NCBI GenBank assembly: GCA_041649715.1 | Contig: JBAZMP010000001.1 | Coordinates: 375,287 to 434,637 of the forward strand | Length of the DNA stretch: 59,351 nt | Direction: 5' to 3' | From: Patescibacteria group bacterium | Lineage (GTDB): Bacteria; Patescibacteriota; Patescibacteriia; JAXHNJ01 | Shown here: positions 38,495-47,374 of the stretch, in pieces | Layout of the letters: each line of letters starts with the position of its first letter | Numbering within the stretch: position 1 is the first letter of the stretch | Translations under genes and position numbers: made by a program | The notes under the pieces: generated by a model | The model's input: only the letters and a program-made list of their open reading frames with translations | Database searches by the model: none | Told to the model about the DNA's origin: nothing

Positions 38495-39934
38495 ATGTCC
38501 TTACTTTCTGTTGATTTTCTATTATTTTTTCTGATTATAGTAATAATTTATTATGTGGTATCCCAAAAATACAGATGGGTTATTTTATTAATTTCCAGCT
38601 ATTATTTTTATATAAGTTGGAAACCAGAAAATATTATCTTCATTACACTTTCAACTCTTGTAAGTTATTTTATTGCTATAATAATAAGTAAGAGCGCCTT
38701 TAATAGAAAGAAATATCTGGCCGTTGGCGTTTCTTTTAATCTAATTTTATTAATTGGTCTAAAATATTTTAATTTTTTTAGTAATTCTTTTCGCAATTTT
38801 TTTCAATTATTTACGATAAAATTTGATTCAGTATTTTTAAATATTGTTGCTGTTCTTGGGATTTCTTTTTTCACCTTTAAAGCCATTAGTTATCTCGTGG
38901 ATGTATATACGAAAAAATATGAACCCGAGAAAAACATCGGTAAGTTTGCCTTATATATTTCCTTTTTCCCTCAACTTATGGCTGGGCCAATTGAAAGAGC
39001 GGACCGGTTTTTCAACCAACTAAAAAAACAAAAACAAAATATACAAATTAATATTATAAAGGGTCTTAAAATAATGCTCTGGGGATTTCTATTAAAACTA
39101 GTGATCGCTGACCGATTAGCAATTACCGTGAACCAAATATATAATAATATTGATAATTACCAGGGCAGCCCTTTGATTTTAGGGACGTATTTTTTTGCCT
39201 TTCAAATATATTGCGATTTTGCCGGCTATTCCTATATTGCCATCGGGGCGGCAAAAATACTGGGCCTAGATTTAATGAATAATTTTTTAAGACCATATTT
39301 ATCCAAATCAATCCCCGAATTTTGGAAACGCTGGCATATATCTCTTTCAAGTTGGTTTAGAGATTACCTGTATATACCATTGGGTGGAAATAGAGTTAAA
39401 GTTGGAAGATGGACGTTAAATATTATCATAGTTTTCTTAGTCAGTGGTCTTTGGCATGGAGCCTCCTGGACTTTTGTTATTTGGGGTTTTATTCATGGAA
39501 TATATATGATTATTCATAAATTGATATCGAAGTTTAAAATGAAAATAATAAAAAATGAAAATAACGAAATTAAGAATTCATTTTTAAAATTATTAAGAAT
39601 TTTTATTACTTTCCACTTAATTTTATTAGCCTGGATATTTTTTAGGGCTAATTCAGTTGGTGATTCAATTTATATAATAAAAAATATTTTTGTAAATATC
39701 ACATCAACTTTTCAGGATATATTTCTGATAATACCCAGAGAAAGCATATTATTAATCGGAGCACTTTTGTTTTTAGTTTTTATTTTCCAAGTAATACAAG
39801 AAAGGAAAGGAGTAATCAATTTATTGAATAAGACGCCAATCCTTTTTAGATGGTCCTTATATATTGCCATTATTTTTATTATTTTATTATTTGGTCAGTT
39901 CGCTAAGAACCCATTTATTTACCAGCAATTTTAG
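38495..39934 (+). CDS. MBOAT-family membrane O-acyltransferase (AlgI/DltB-like)
   Basis: FWKRWHISLSSWFRDYLYIPLGGNR and SGLWHGASW (the MBOAT catalytic His region), with many TM helices. Confidence 0.9.
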   Translation: MSLLSVDFLLFFLIIVIIYYVVSQKYRWVILLISSYYFYISWKPENIIFITLSTLVSYFIAIIISKSAFNRKKYLAVGVSFNLILLIGLKYFNFFSNSFRNFFQLFTIKFDSVFLNIVAVLGISFFTFKAISYLVDVYTKKYEPEKNIGKFALYISFFPQLMAGPIERADRFFNQLKKQKQNIQINIIKGLKIMLWGFLLKLVIADRLAITVNQIYNNIDNYQGSPLILGTYFFAFQIYCDFAGYSYIAIGAAKILGLDLMNNFLRPYLSKSIPEFWKRWHISLSSWFRDYLYIPLGGNRVKVGRWTLNIIIVFLVSGLWHGASWTFVIWGFIHGIYMIIHKLISKFKMKIIKNENNEIKNSFLKLLRIFITFHLILLAWIFFRANSVGDSIYIIKNIFVNITSTFQDIFLIIPRESILLIGALLFLVFIFQVIQERKGVINLLNKTPILFRWSLYIAIIFIILLFGQFAKNPFIYQQF

Positions 39935-40885
39935 ATGAATAAGAAAGCAACAATTAATTATTTAATATTTTTGTTGATACTAATTACGCTCCTTATTTTA
40001 GCGAATTATTTTTATACAGCTTATGTTCTTACTGACACTTTACTGAGCAGAAATGAGGAGCAGATAGAGGATAATTTTAGAAATACAAAGATACTTTTTT
40101 CCGGTGGATCTCATGTTATGACTGGATTGAGTCCAGATAGAATAGAAAATTCTTTTAACTTTTCCTCACTTGGTGAAAATTATGCTTATACTTATTATAA
40201 ATTAAAGTACATACTAGAGAGCTATGATATTAGATTAAATACTCTTATTCTTCCGATTGATCTGCAGGATTTTTCTTCTTCAAGAATTAAATTAATAGAA
40301 AATGAATGGCATACCAATGTATGGTACTGGCATAAATATATTAATTACGAAAATTTAAAATTAATTATTAAAGAAACATCTTATCTTCAATGGCAAACCG
40401 CAAAATTTTTTCCTGTAATCGGCAACGGCCCTAGTATTATTATGAAATTACGAGGTAGTTTAATAAATACTGATATGAAACTAGGTCAGCAAATTAGAGT
40501 AAATGATTTCTCAAAATCAGATGATCAGGATAAATCAGCCAAATTCAGAGCTGAATGGCATTTATCTAATTCAGAAACATTTGATGCAACTATGTCAGAT
40601 TATTTCGAAAGGATTTTAAATCTCGGAAAAGAATATAATCTCAATATATTAATAGTCAGGTTTCCTGTTTCAGAAGAATATTATAAATTTTCAGCTGAAT
40701 ATTTGGATATTGATGAATATTATGAAAAAGTATATGAAATAACTGATAAATATGATAATATTAGAATATTAGATTATCATGATTTATTTTTTGATAAGGA
40801 TTATTTTTTTAATGATCCTGATCATTTAAATAAAAATGGAGCAGATTATTTAACTGATTTAATCAAGAAAGAGATTGACATGTGA
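39935..40885 (+). CDS. membrane-anchored SGNH-like partner of the MBOAT (DltD/AlgJ-like)
   Basis: N-terminal TM helix, FSGGSHVMTG (possible block I) and C-terminal DPDHLNKNGADYL (DxxH block). It starts immediately after the MBOAT stop. Confidence 0.55.
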   Translation: MNKKATINYLIFLLILITLLILANYFYTAYVLTDTLLSRNEEQIEDNFRNTKILFSGGSHVMTGLSPDRIENSFNFSSLGENYAYTYYKLKYILESYDIRLNTLILPIDLQDFSSSRIKLIENEWHTNVWYWHKYINYENLKLIIKETSYLQWQTAKFFPVIGNGPSIIMKLRGSLINTDMKLGQQIRVNDFSKSDDQDKSAKFRAEWHLSNSETFDATMSDYFERILNLGKEYNLNILIVRFPVSEEYYKFSAEYLDIDEYYEKVYEITDKYDNIRILDYHDLFFDKDYFFNDPDHLNKNGADYLTDLIKKEIDM

Positions 40886-40914
40886 GATTATTAGTCACCG
40901 GCGGCGCCGGTTTT
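40882..40914 (+). pseudogene. 11-codon 5' remnant of an SDR epimerase/dehydratase gene (VRLLVTGGAGF)
   Basis: The GTG overlaps the upstream stop (ATGTGA). Its translation parallels the real rfbB N-terminus MKILVTGGAGF at 41237. It then runs in frame into the GIY-YIG remnant. Confidence 0.6.
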
Positions 40915-41200
40915 ACCCGCCCGCCTCGCCAGCGAGCCAAAAAGTGGTATTTTACTTATGTACTTCAAAGTTTAAAAGATAATAATTTATATATTGGATA
41001 GACGGATAATTTGAAAGAAAGAATATCTGAATATAATCATGGAAATGTCAGTTCTACTACGTGGCGACGACCTCTCTAACTTATCTATTTTGAAGCATGT
41101 CTATCAATGAAAGAAGCTATTAAGAGAGAAAATATTTCAAAACTGGTTTTGGCCGAAGATTTTTGAAAAATAGGTTAGCTGGCTCGCGTGGCGGGCAGGT
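40915..41200 (+). mobile_element. decayed small GIY-YIG element bounded by GC-rich imperfect inverted repeats
   Basis: The left end is ACCCGCCCGCCTCGCCAGCGAGCC (40915..40938). The right end is GGCTCGCGTGGCGGGCAGGT (41181..41200), whose reverse complement is ACCTGCCCGCCACGCGAGCC. Confidence 0.65.
40939..41166 (+). pseudogene. GIY-YIG nuclease family (UPF0213/YhbQ-like) pseudogene with two in-frame stops
   Basis: Translation is KKWYFTYVLQSLKDNNLYIG*TDNLKERISEYNHGNVSSTTWRRPL*LIYFEACLSMKEAIKRENISK. The TAG at 40999 replaces the conserved Y, and the TAA at 41077 replaces the usual K. There is no start codon of its own. Confidence 0.8.
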
Positions 41201-41236
41201 CGGCTTATAGTAATATTATTTATCATTTTGAATATT

Positions 41237-42253
41237 ATGAAAATTTTAGTCACCGGTGGTGCGGGATTCATCGGCTCCAACTTCATCCACAATTGGTTGG
41301 AAAGTCATCCGACGGATAAAATTATCAATCTGGACAAATTAACTTATTGCGGGAATTTGGACAATCTCAAAGATGTTGAAAATAATCCCAATTACCAATT
41401 TGTAAAAGGGGATATTTGTGACGAAGAGGTGGTCAATGGTTTGGTGGCTGAAGTTGATACGATCGTCCATTTTGCCGCTGAATCCCATGTGGATCGGTCC
41501 ATTGCCGGATATGCCCGCGAGTTTGTACAAACTAATGTCGTCGGCACCCAAATCTTGCTGGAAGCGGCGGTAAGGTCCGGCGGCAGGCGTTTCCACCATA
41601 TCTCCACGGACGAGGTCTTTGGAGCCTTAAATTTGGCCTCTAGCGTGAAGTTTAAGGAGAATACGGCTTATGACCCTCGAAGCCCTTATTCCGCCTCCAA
41701 AGCCGCTTCTGACCACTTGGTCCGGGCTTATGGAGTATCTTTTGGCTTACCCATAACAATTACCAATACTTCTAATAATTACGGTCCTTTCCAGTACCCG
41801 GAAAAGCTTTTGCCCTTAGCGATTACGAATTTGATCGAAGGTAAAAAAGTGCCGATATACGGTGACGGGTTATATGTCCGCGACTGGCTGTATGTTGACG
41901 ACCATTGCCGGGCCATTGATTTAGTTTTGCAGAAAGGTAAAATCGGGGAGACATATTGTATCGGCGGCCTGACGGATGATGTGAATAATCTGGAGTTGGT
42001 CAGAAAGGTTTTAAAGATCATGAACAAAGATGAGAGTTGTTTGGAATATATCAAAGACCGGCCAGGTCATGACCGTCGTTATGCGGTTGATTGGTCAAAA
42101 GCCAAGAAAGAATTGGGCTATAAGCCGCAATGCGAATTAGATGAATGTTTAGAAAAAACAGTTGAATGGTACCAGAAAAACGAAGCCTGGTGGCGGCCGA
42201 TTAAATCCGGCAAGCATTTTTCCGCCTGGCAGCAGAAACAATATCAAAAATAA
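41237..42253 (+). CDS. rfbB: dTDP-glucose 4,6-dehydratase
   Basis: MKILVTGGAGFIGSNF, HFAAESHVDRSI, HISTDEVFG, PYSASKAASDHLVRAY and YGDGLYVRDWLYVDDH. The ATG at 41237 is preferred over the TTG at 41228. Confidence 0.95.
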   Translation: MKILVTGGAGFIGSNFIHNWLESHPTDKIINLDKLTYCGNLDNLKDVENNPNYQFVKGDICDEEVVNGLVAEVDTIVHFAAESHVDRSIAGYAREFVQTNVVGTQILLEAAVRSGGRRFHHISTDEVFGALNLASSVKFKENTAYDPRSPYSASKAASDHLVRAYGVSFGLPITITNTSNNYGPFQYPEKLLPLAITNLIEGKKVPIYGDGLYVRDWLYVDDHCRAIDLVLQKGKIGETYCIGGLTDDVNNLELVRKVLKIMNKDESCLEYIKDRPGHDRRYAVDWSKAKKELGYKPQCELDECLEKTVEWYQKNEAWWRPIKSGKHFSAWQQKQYQK

Positions 42254-42259
42254 TAAATT

Positions 42260-43084
42260 ATGAAAATATTAATCTTCGGCGCCAAAGGCATGCTCGGCAC
42301 GGATTTAATGTCGGTTTTTGCCGATTATAAACCTTTGGGTTTTGACTTGCCGGAACTGGATATCACCAAGCCTCAAGATCTGGAAAATATATTAAAACAG
42401 ATCAATCCCGACCTGGTGATTAACGCCGCCGCTTACGCCAAAGTTGATGATTGTGAGACATATCAGGAAACGGCCTACGAAGTCAACGGCCGGGCGGTCG
42501 GCTTTATGGCCAAGTACTGCCGACAAATCGGCGCCAAGATCGTTCATTACAGCACGGATTATGTTTTTGACGGAGAAAAGGAAAAAGGCTACCGCGAAGA
42601 TGATGAACCCAATCCTTTAAGCGTCTATGGCAAATCAAAGCTGATGGGAGAAAAGATGCTTCAGGAGCAGACCGATAATTTCTATTTAATTCGAACGGCT
42701 TGGCTCTATGGGAAGAACGGACCTAATTTCGTGAAGACCATGATCAGTCTGTCGGAGAAACAGCCGGAATTGAGAGTGGTCAATGACCAGTTCGGCTGCC
42801 CGACTTATACCGTTGATTTGGCTTTAAAAACCCGCGAGATAATTGAAAACAAAAAAATCAAATTCGGCATTTACCACGTTACCAATTCCGGTTCCTGCTC
42901 TTGGTATGAATTTGCGGTCAAGATTTTTGAGATTTTGGGAAAAAATGTTAAGATTACTCCAGTAGGCACTGAAGAATTCCCAAGGCCGGCCAAAAGACCG
43001 CAATATTCCATTTTAAGGAATAAAAAGCTTGAACCTTTGAGACCGTGGGAGAAAGCGCTGAAAGAATATCTATCTTATGGATAA
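42260..43084 (+). CDS. rfbD: dTDP-4-dehydrorhamnose reductase
   Basis: MKILIFGAKGMLG, INAAAYAKVDDCE, STDYVFDG, YGKSKLMGE and NDQFGCPTY are RmlD blocks. Confidence 0.92.
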   Translation: MKILIFGAKGMLGTDLMSVFADYKPLGFDLPELDITKPQDLENILKQINPDLVINAAAYAKVDDCETYQETAYEVNGRAVGFMAKYCRQIGAKIVHYSTDYVFDGEKEKGYREDDEPNPLSVYGKSKLMGEKMLQEQTDNFYLIRTAWLYGKNGPNFVKTMISLSEKQPELRVVNDQFGCPTYTVDLALKTREIIENKKIKFGIYHVTNSGSCSWYEFAVKIFEILGKNVKITPVGTEEFPRPAKRPQYSILRNKKLEPLRPWEKALKEYLSYG

Positions 43085-43544
43085 TAATCTTTACCATATC
43101 GCCGCCGGCGCTCTTATTCTGAAAGGGGATAAAGTTTTGCTTCATCACCGGACGGATTATGACATGTGGGATTTGCCTTCCGGCGGGATGGAGGCAGGCG
43201 AGACGATTAATCAGGCTTTATTAAGAGAAGTAAAAGAAGAAACCGGTTTAAAAGTTAAGCCCTTAAAATTGGTCGGCGTTTATCAAAACTACAGTCAAAA
43301 GGTCATTGTTTTGTTGTTCTTGGTCAAGGTATTGTCAGGCAAGTTAACTTTAAACAATGAAGCGGATGAATTTGGCTATTTTTCTTACAAAAAACTACCC
43401 TGGAATTTCGCCCCGAAACAGAAAGAGAGGGTGCTGAATTATTTTCACGATAGAAAATCGGTCGCGGTACAAACGCAAAAAGGGCCGCGAAGCTCAAAAT
43501 TACTAGGTTTAAAAAAATATGGAAAAAGGACCAAGATCATTTGA
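43077..43544 (+). CDS. NUDIX hydrolase
   Basis: Nudix box GGMEAGETINQALLREVKEETGL. Confidence 0.85.
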   Translation: MDNNLYHIAAGALILKGDKVLLHHRTDYDMWDLPSGGMEAGETINQALLREVKEETGLKVKPLKLVGVYQNYSQKVIVLLFLVKVLSGKLTLNNEADEFGYFSYKKLPWNFAPKQKERVLNYFHDRKSVAVQTQKGPRSSKLLGLKKYGKRTKII

Positions 43545-43863
43545 ATGGTTGGGGAATGACGAAAAAAGATTTGAGGAAAATTGGCCGGCCACCCGTGAAG
43601 CGCTTCTTGGCGTAATCAAGGATTGCCAACTTGAAGAAGGGGTGAAGGAAAAACTTACGCAAGCAGTTGAAGACCTTGACGACCACCAAACAAAATGGGA
43701 CAACTATATTGATGCCATCGAAGGGACTATCAGGCGGATCGCTGACATGACGGCAGGTCTAAGAGAAGGTTCTGACGAGAAGACAAAAAAAGAGGCGGCG
43801 GCAACTTTTGAAAATTTAAGAGATGGCCTTTGGGATTTATTCAAAAAAGCCAGGGAGAATTAA
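43519..43863 (+). CDS. small acidic hypothetical protein
   Basis: 114-aa hydrophilic, helical-looking ORF that overlaps the NUDIX 3' end by 26 nt. No motif recognised. Confidence 0.45.
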   Translation: MEKGPRSFEWLGNDEKRFEENWPATREALLGVIKDCQLEEGVKEKLTQAVEDLDDHQTKWDNYIDAIEGTIRRIADMTAGLREGSDEKTKKEAAATFENLRDGLWDLFKKAREN

Positions 43864-43910
43864 ACTTTTAGTATATTCAATAATTAAATAAAACCAAGGA
43901 AAATAAAATT

Positions 43911-45095
43911 ATGTTTGATTTTAAGGATCAAATACAAAAAGAGATTGACGAGATCAAAGCCAATAACCTTTACAAGCAGGAAAGGTTTATCGAAGGGCCT
44001 CAAGGGGCGGAGATTACCGTCAACGGCAAAAAGGTCTTGAATTTCTGCGCCAACAATTACCTGGGCTTGGCCAATAATCCCAAAGTGGTCAAAGAAGCGG
44101 AAAAAATGGTGAAAAAATGGGGCTATGGCTTGTCTTCGGTCCGCTTTATCTGTGGTACCCAGACAATTCACAAAGAGCTGGAAAAGAAAATCTCCGAGTT
44201 TTTAGGCACCGAAGACACTATTATTTATTCTTCTTGCTTTGACGCTAACGGTGGTTTGTTTGAGACAATATTAAAAGATACTGACGCGGTAATTTCCGAT
44301 GAATTAAACCACGCCAGTATCATAGACGGCGTCAGGCTTTGCAAAGCCCAGCGTTTTGTTTTTAAGCATATGGAGTATTCGGATTTGGAAGCCAAGCTCA
44401 AAGAAGCCCAGAGTTTACGCCGCCGTTTAGTGGTGACGGATGGCGTGTTCAGCATGGACGGTGATATCGCGGATTTAAAATCCATGGCGGACTTATGTGA
44501 CAAATACAAAGCCTTGTTGGTAGTTGATGATTCGCACGCCACGGGCTTTACCGGCGAGAACGGCAAGGGGACTCATGAACATAATGGCGTAATGGGCAGA
44601 GTAGACATTATTACTTCCACTTTAGGCAAAGCTTTGGGGGGAGCAACCGGGGGGTTCACGTCCGGCCGGAAAGAAATCATTGATTATCTGCGCCAGCGCT
44701 CCAGGCCTTATTTATTCTCCAATTCTTTGGCGCCGATGATCACCGCTACGTCTATCGCCATTATTGATATGCTGGGGGAGAGCAAAGGGGCCCTGACGAC
44801 CTTAAGGGAGAATACCAAGTATTTCCGCGAGAAGATGACCGACGCCGGTTTTGACATAAGAAAAGGCACCCATCCCATTTGTCCGGTGATGCTTTATGAT
44901 GCCGGCTTAGCTCAAAATATGGCCAAGGAGCTTCTTGGCGAGGGGATTTACGTCATTGGTTTCTTTTACCCGGTTGTGCCTCAAGGCAAGGCGAGAATCC
45001 GCGTTCAGATTTCCGCGGCCCACACCAAAGCGCATTTGGATAAAGCCATTGCCGCGTTTATCAAAGTGGGAAAGAAGTTGGGAGCCATCAAGTAA
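43911..45095 (+). CDS. kbl: glycine C-acetyltransferase (2-amino-3-ketobutyrate CoA ligase)
   Basis: Near-collinear with E. coli Kbl as I recall it: NFCANNYLGLAN, SVRFICGTQ..HKELE, YSSCFDANGGLFE, LNHASIIDGVRLCKA, DGVFSMDG, DDSHA.GF, GTLGKALGGA.GG and SRPYLFSNSLAP. Confidence 0.95.
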   Translation: MFDFKDQIQKEIDEIKANNLYKQERFIEGPQGAEITVNGKKVLNFCANNYLGLANNPKVVKEAEKMVKKWGYGLSSVRFICGTQTIHKELEKKISEFLGTEDTIIYSSCFDANGGLFETILKDTDAVISDELNHASIIDGVRLCKAQRFVFKHMEYSDLEAKLKEAQSLRRRLVVTDGVFSMDGDIADLKSMADLCDKYKALLVVDDSHATGFTGENGKGTHEHNGVMGRVDIITSTLGKALGGATGGFTSGRKEIIDYLRQRSRPYLFSNSLAPMITATSIAIIDMLGESKGALTTLRENTKYFREKMTDAGFDIRKGTHPICPVMLYDAGLAQNMAKELLGEGIYVIGFFYPVVPQGKARIRVQISAAHTKAHLDKAIAAFIKVGKKLGAIK

Positions 45096-45154
45096 ATCCT
45101 AAATCCGAAATTCTAAATTCTAAACAAATTCGAATATCTAAATTCGAAATATAA

Positions 45155-45186
45155 AACCGCCCGGGAAAAACCTAGGCGGTTTTTTA
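45155..45186 (+). terminator. intrinsic terminator after kbl
   Basis: ACCGCC-13 nt loop-GGCGGT followed by TTTTTT. Confidence 0.7.
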
Positions 45187-45196
45187 TAAACTAGCA

Positions 45197-45225
45197 TTGC
45201 CAAAGTTAATTTTTTGTGCTATAAT
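45197..45225 (+). promoter_or_regulatory. sigma70-like promoter for the metalloprotease gene
   Basis: TTGCCA-17 nt-TATAAT, 18 nt upstream of the ATG at 45244. Confidence 0.6.
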
Positions 45226-45243
45226 TAAAATAATAAAATAAAA

Positions 45244-47316
45244 ATGGCTTCAACAAAAAAATACGTTTCAACTACGACTGATATCAGGACCTTTACGTCC
45301 TCGGCTGTTTCCACGCGTTTAGCCTACGTAACTATCACTCTGGCTGCCTTGGGTAGTCTGATTTTTTTTAGTTTTACCTTAACTTTATTCAATAATGAAA
45401 GTCTGTCCAGGCCCAATGTTGTTAAAACCCCCATTTTAGTCTTGACCGACCAGGTATTAAAATTGCAAGCCAAAAATTACACCCAGCCGTCCGCGTCAAA
45501 CTCCCGCCAGATCACCCATTTGCTGGCCGAACGGAAAGAGAGCCTGCTTAATCTGATGGCGCAGCCGGACAAAGCCTTAAAGTCCGTTTTCCCGAAAGAA
45601 GTGCAGGAGACATTTGCCGATAATGACAAACAATATCTAGAAGAAACAATGCCGCTTTCCGGCACTCTTCAGATCGGTCACGCCGATTTTGGGGCGCTGG
45701 AAGAATCCATTACGTATTATCAGCTCAAAAAAGATGATCAGTGGTATCATCTCCATTTTGAACAAGAGATCAGCGACCGGCAGAACCAGACTGCCATCAG
45801 CATTAAAGAGGCGATCGTTCTGGGTAAAGAAGTGTTAGTGCCGCAAAAAGACTCACGGGGAGAAGAGAATGTCACCTTTGCTGAGAGCAAGGTCAAGGGT
45901 GTCGCGGCGGCCACCGTCACCCAGAAAAAGAATCTGGTGGTGCTTTTCAAATTCGCCGACGAAACCCGGCCGGAGCCCATGACCGTCGCCCAGGTTAAAT
46001 CCGTCGTCTTCACCGCCAGCAATTCGGTCAACGCCTATTACCAGGAATCAACGCATGGCAATTTCAGTTTTATCGGCAATCTTGATTCTACTGGTGACGT
46101 GACGGGCTGGTATACTATACCTTCTGTAACGCCGGTGACCCCCATGGATTGCTATAATTATTTCGATTGGGTGTTGGAAGCAGATCAGTTAGCCGGCGCT
46201 GACGGTTATGATTCCTTTAATTACGACAATGTCATCTTTATCATGCCCTTGTTACCTTCCGGTTTCAGCGTCTGCCCCTGGGCGGGGATTGCCGGCGCCT
46301 ATTTTAATTTAATCAACGGCGCCCCCAATTACGTTAATGCCAGGGTCATTGCCCACGAACTTGGTCACAATTATTCTCTAGGCCATGCCAATTCGAGGCG
46401 CTGCTACGACGCCTCCAATAATGTGGTTCCCTTAAGCAATAATTGCGTCCATGACGAATACGGCGACCCTTTTGATGTTATGGGCAGCGCGGTTGTGACT
46501 CGACAATTAAATATCCAAAACAAGTATGTCTTGGGCGCCTTAGATAGCGCTAACAGCACCGACGGCTCTGCCGGCGGCACTTTTACCCTAACTCCCATTG
46601 AACAGGCTTCTTCCGGATATCAGCGTTTGTATCTTAACCGAGGAACTTCCTCTCCTTTATTTATCGAATACCGTCAGCCTTACGGAGTTTTTGACAATTT
46701 CGCTCCGACTGATCCGGCGGTAAATGGATTGCTTATTCGATTAGCAGGTGGTTTAGAGAGCAGCGGGACTTACTTGTTTGACATGACTCCTCAAACACCG
46801 AATGACGATATGCTTGACGCTGCTCTGCCGGTCGGCCAGACATTTACCGATGAAACGTACGGATACATTATCACAGCGGTTTCTGCCGGCTCCAGCGGGG
46901 CAGTGGTCCAGGTTCAAAAAACGACGCCAACCTGCCAGTATGGTACTGCCACGGCCACTATTGACCCGGCCAGCCAGATAGCCGAGCCAGGGTCGACCAT
47001 CGACTACACTTTAACTGTCACTAACCATGATACCAGCGCTTGTCCAACTGTTGTTTATAATTTAAATAGTTCTTTGCCCGTTGGCTGGACGCAGACTTAT
47101 TTGCCGTTATATTTGGTTCTCAATCCTGGCGAGACGAAGACGATTAGCGTCACCGTTACTATTCCTTCTGAGGCAACGGCCGGCGCCTATAATCTTTCTG
47201 AATCAATTTTTAATCTGATTACTAACGCAACTGAACTGACGGAGAACATGACGGCAATCATCTACGTGCCTGACATGGTCTCGCCGGAAACCGTGGATGA
47301 TTTGAGGTCTTTGTAA
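45244..47316 (+). CDS. membrane-anchored/secreted zinc metalloprotease (HExxHxxxxxH, metzincin/gametolysin-like) with C-terminal Ig-like (NEW3/CARDB-like) domain
   Basis: N-terminal TM helix VTITLAALGSLIFFSFTLTLF. HELGHNYSLGH at nt 46354..46386. The C-terminal segment is GSTIDYTLTVTNHDTSACP...GETKTISVTVTIPSEATAGAYN. Confidence 0.75.
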   Translation: MASTKKYVSTTTDIRTFTSSAVSTRLAYVTITLAALGSLIFFSFTLTLFNNESLSRPNVVKTPILVLTDQVLKLQAKNYTQPSASNSRQITHLLAERKESLLNLMAQPDKALKSVFPKEVQETFADNDKQYLEETMPLSGTLQIGHADFGALEESITYYQLKKDDQWYHLHFEQEISDRQNQTAISIKEAIVLGKEVLVPQKDSRGEENVTFAESKVKGVAAATVTQKKNLVVLFKFADETRPEPMTVAQVKSVVFTASNSVNAYYQESTHGNFSFIGNLDSTGDVTGWYTIPSVTPVTPMDCYNYFDWVLEADQLAGADGYDSFNYDNVIFIMPLLPSGFSVCPWAGIAGAYFNLINGAPNYVNARVIAHELGHNYSLGHANSRRCYDASNNVVPLSNNCVHDEYGDPFDVMGSAVVTRQLNIQNKYVLGALDSANSTDGSAGGTFTLTPIEQASSGYQRLYLNRGTSSPLFIEYRQPYGVFDNFAPTDPAVNGLLIRLAGGLESSGTYLFDMTPQTPNDDMLDAALPVGQTFTDETYGYIITAVSAGSSGAVVQVQKTTPTCQYGTATATIDPASQIAEPGSTIDYTLTVTNHDTSACPTVVYNLNSSLPVGWTQTYLPLYLVLNPGETKTISVTVTIPSEATAGAYNLSESIFNLITNATELTENMTAIIYVPDMVSPETVDDLRSL

Positions 47317-47337
47317 AAAAAATTTTAAAAATAATAT

Positions 47338-47365
47338 AACCGCCGGAAAATTTCGGCGGTTTTTA
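47338..47365. terminator. bidirectional-looking intrinsic terminator
   Basis: AACCGCCG-8 nt loop-CGGCGGTT followed by TTT on the plus strand, with A-rich sequence on its 5' side. Confidence 0.7.
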
Positions 47366-47374
47366 GGAATATGA

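Noticed and set aside
40999-41079. In-frame TAG and TAA in the GIY-YIG frame as stop-codon recoding
   Set aside because: All other genes in the window terminate normally on TAA, TAG or TGA and abut the next gene. The GIY-YIG frame also lacks a start codon and has a degenerate C-terminus, so a pseudogene is the simpler reading.
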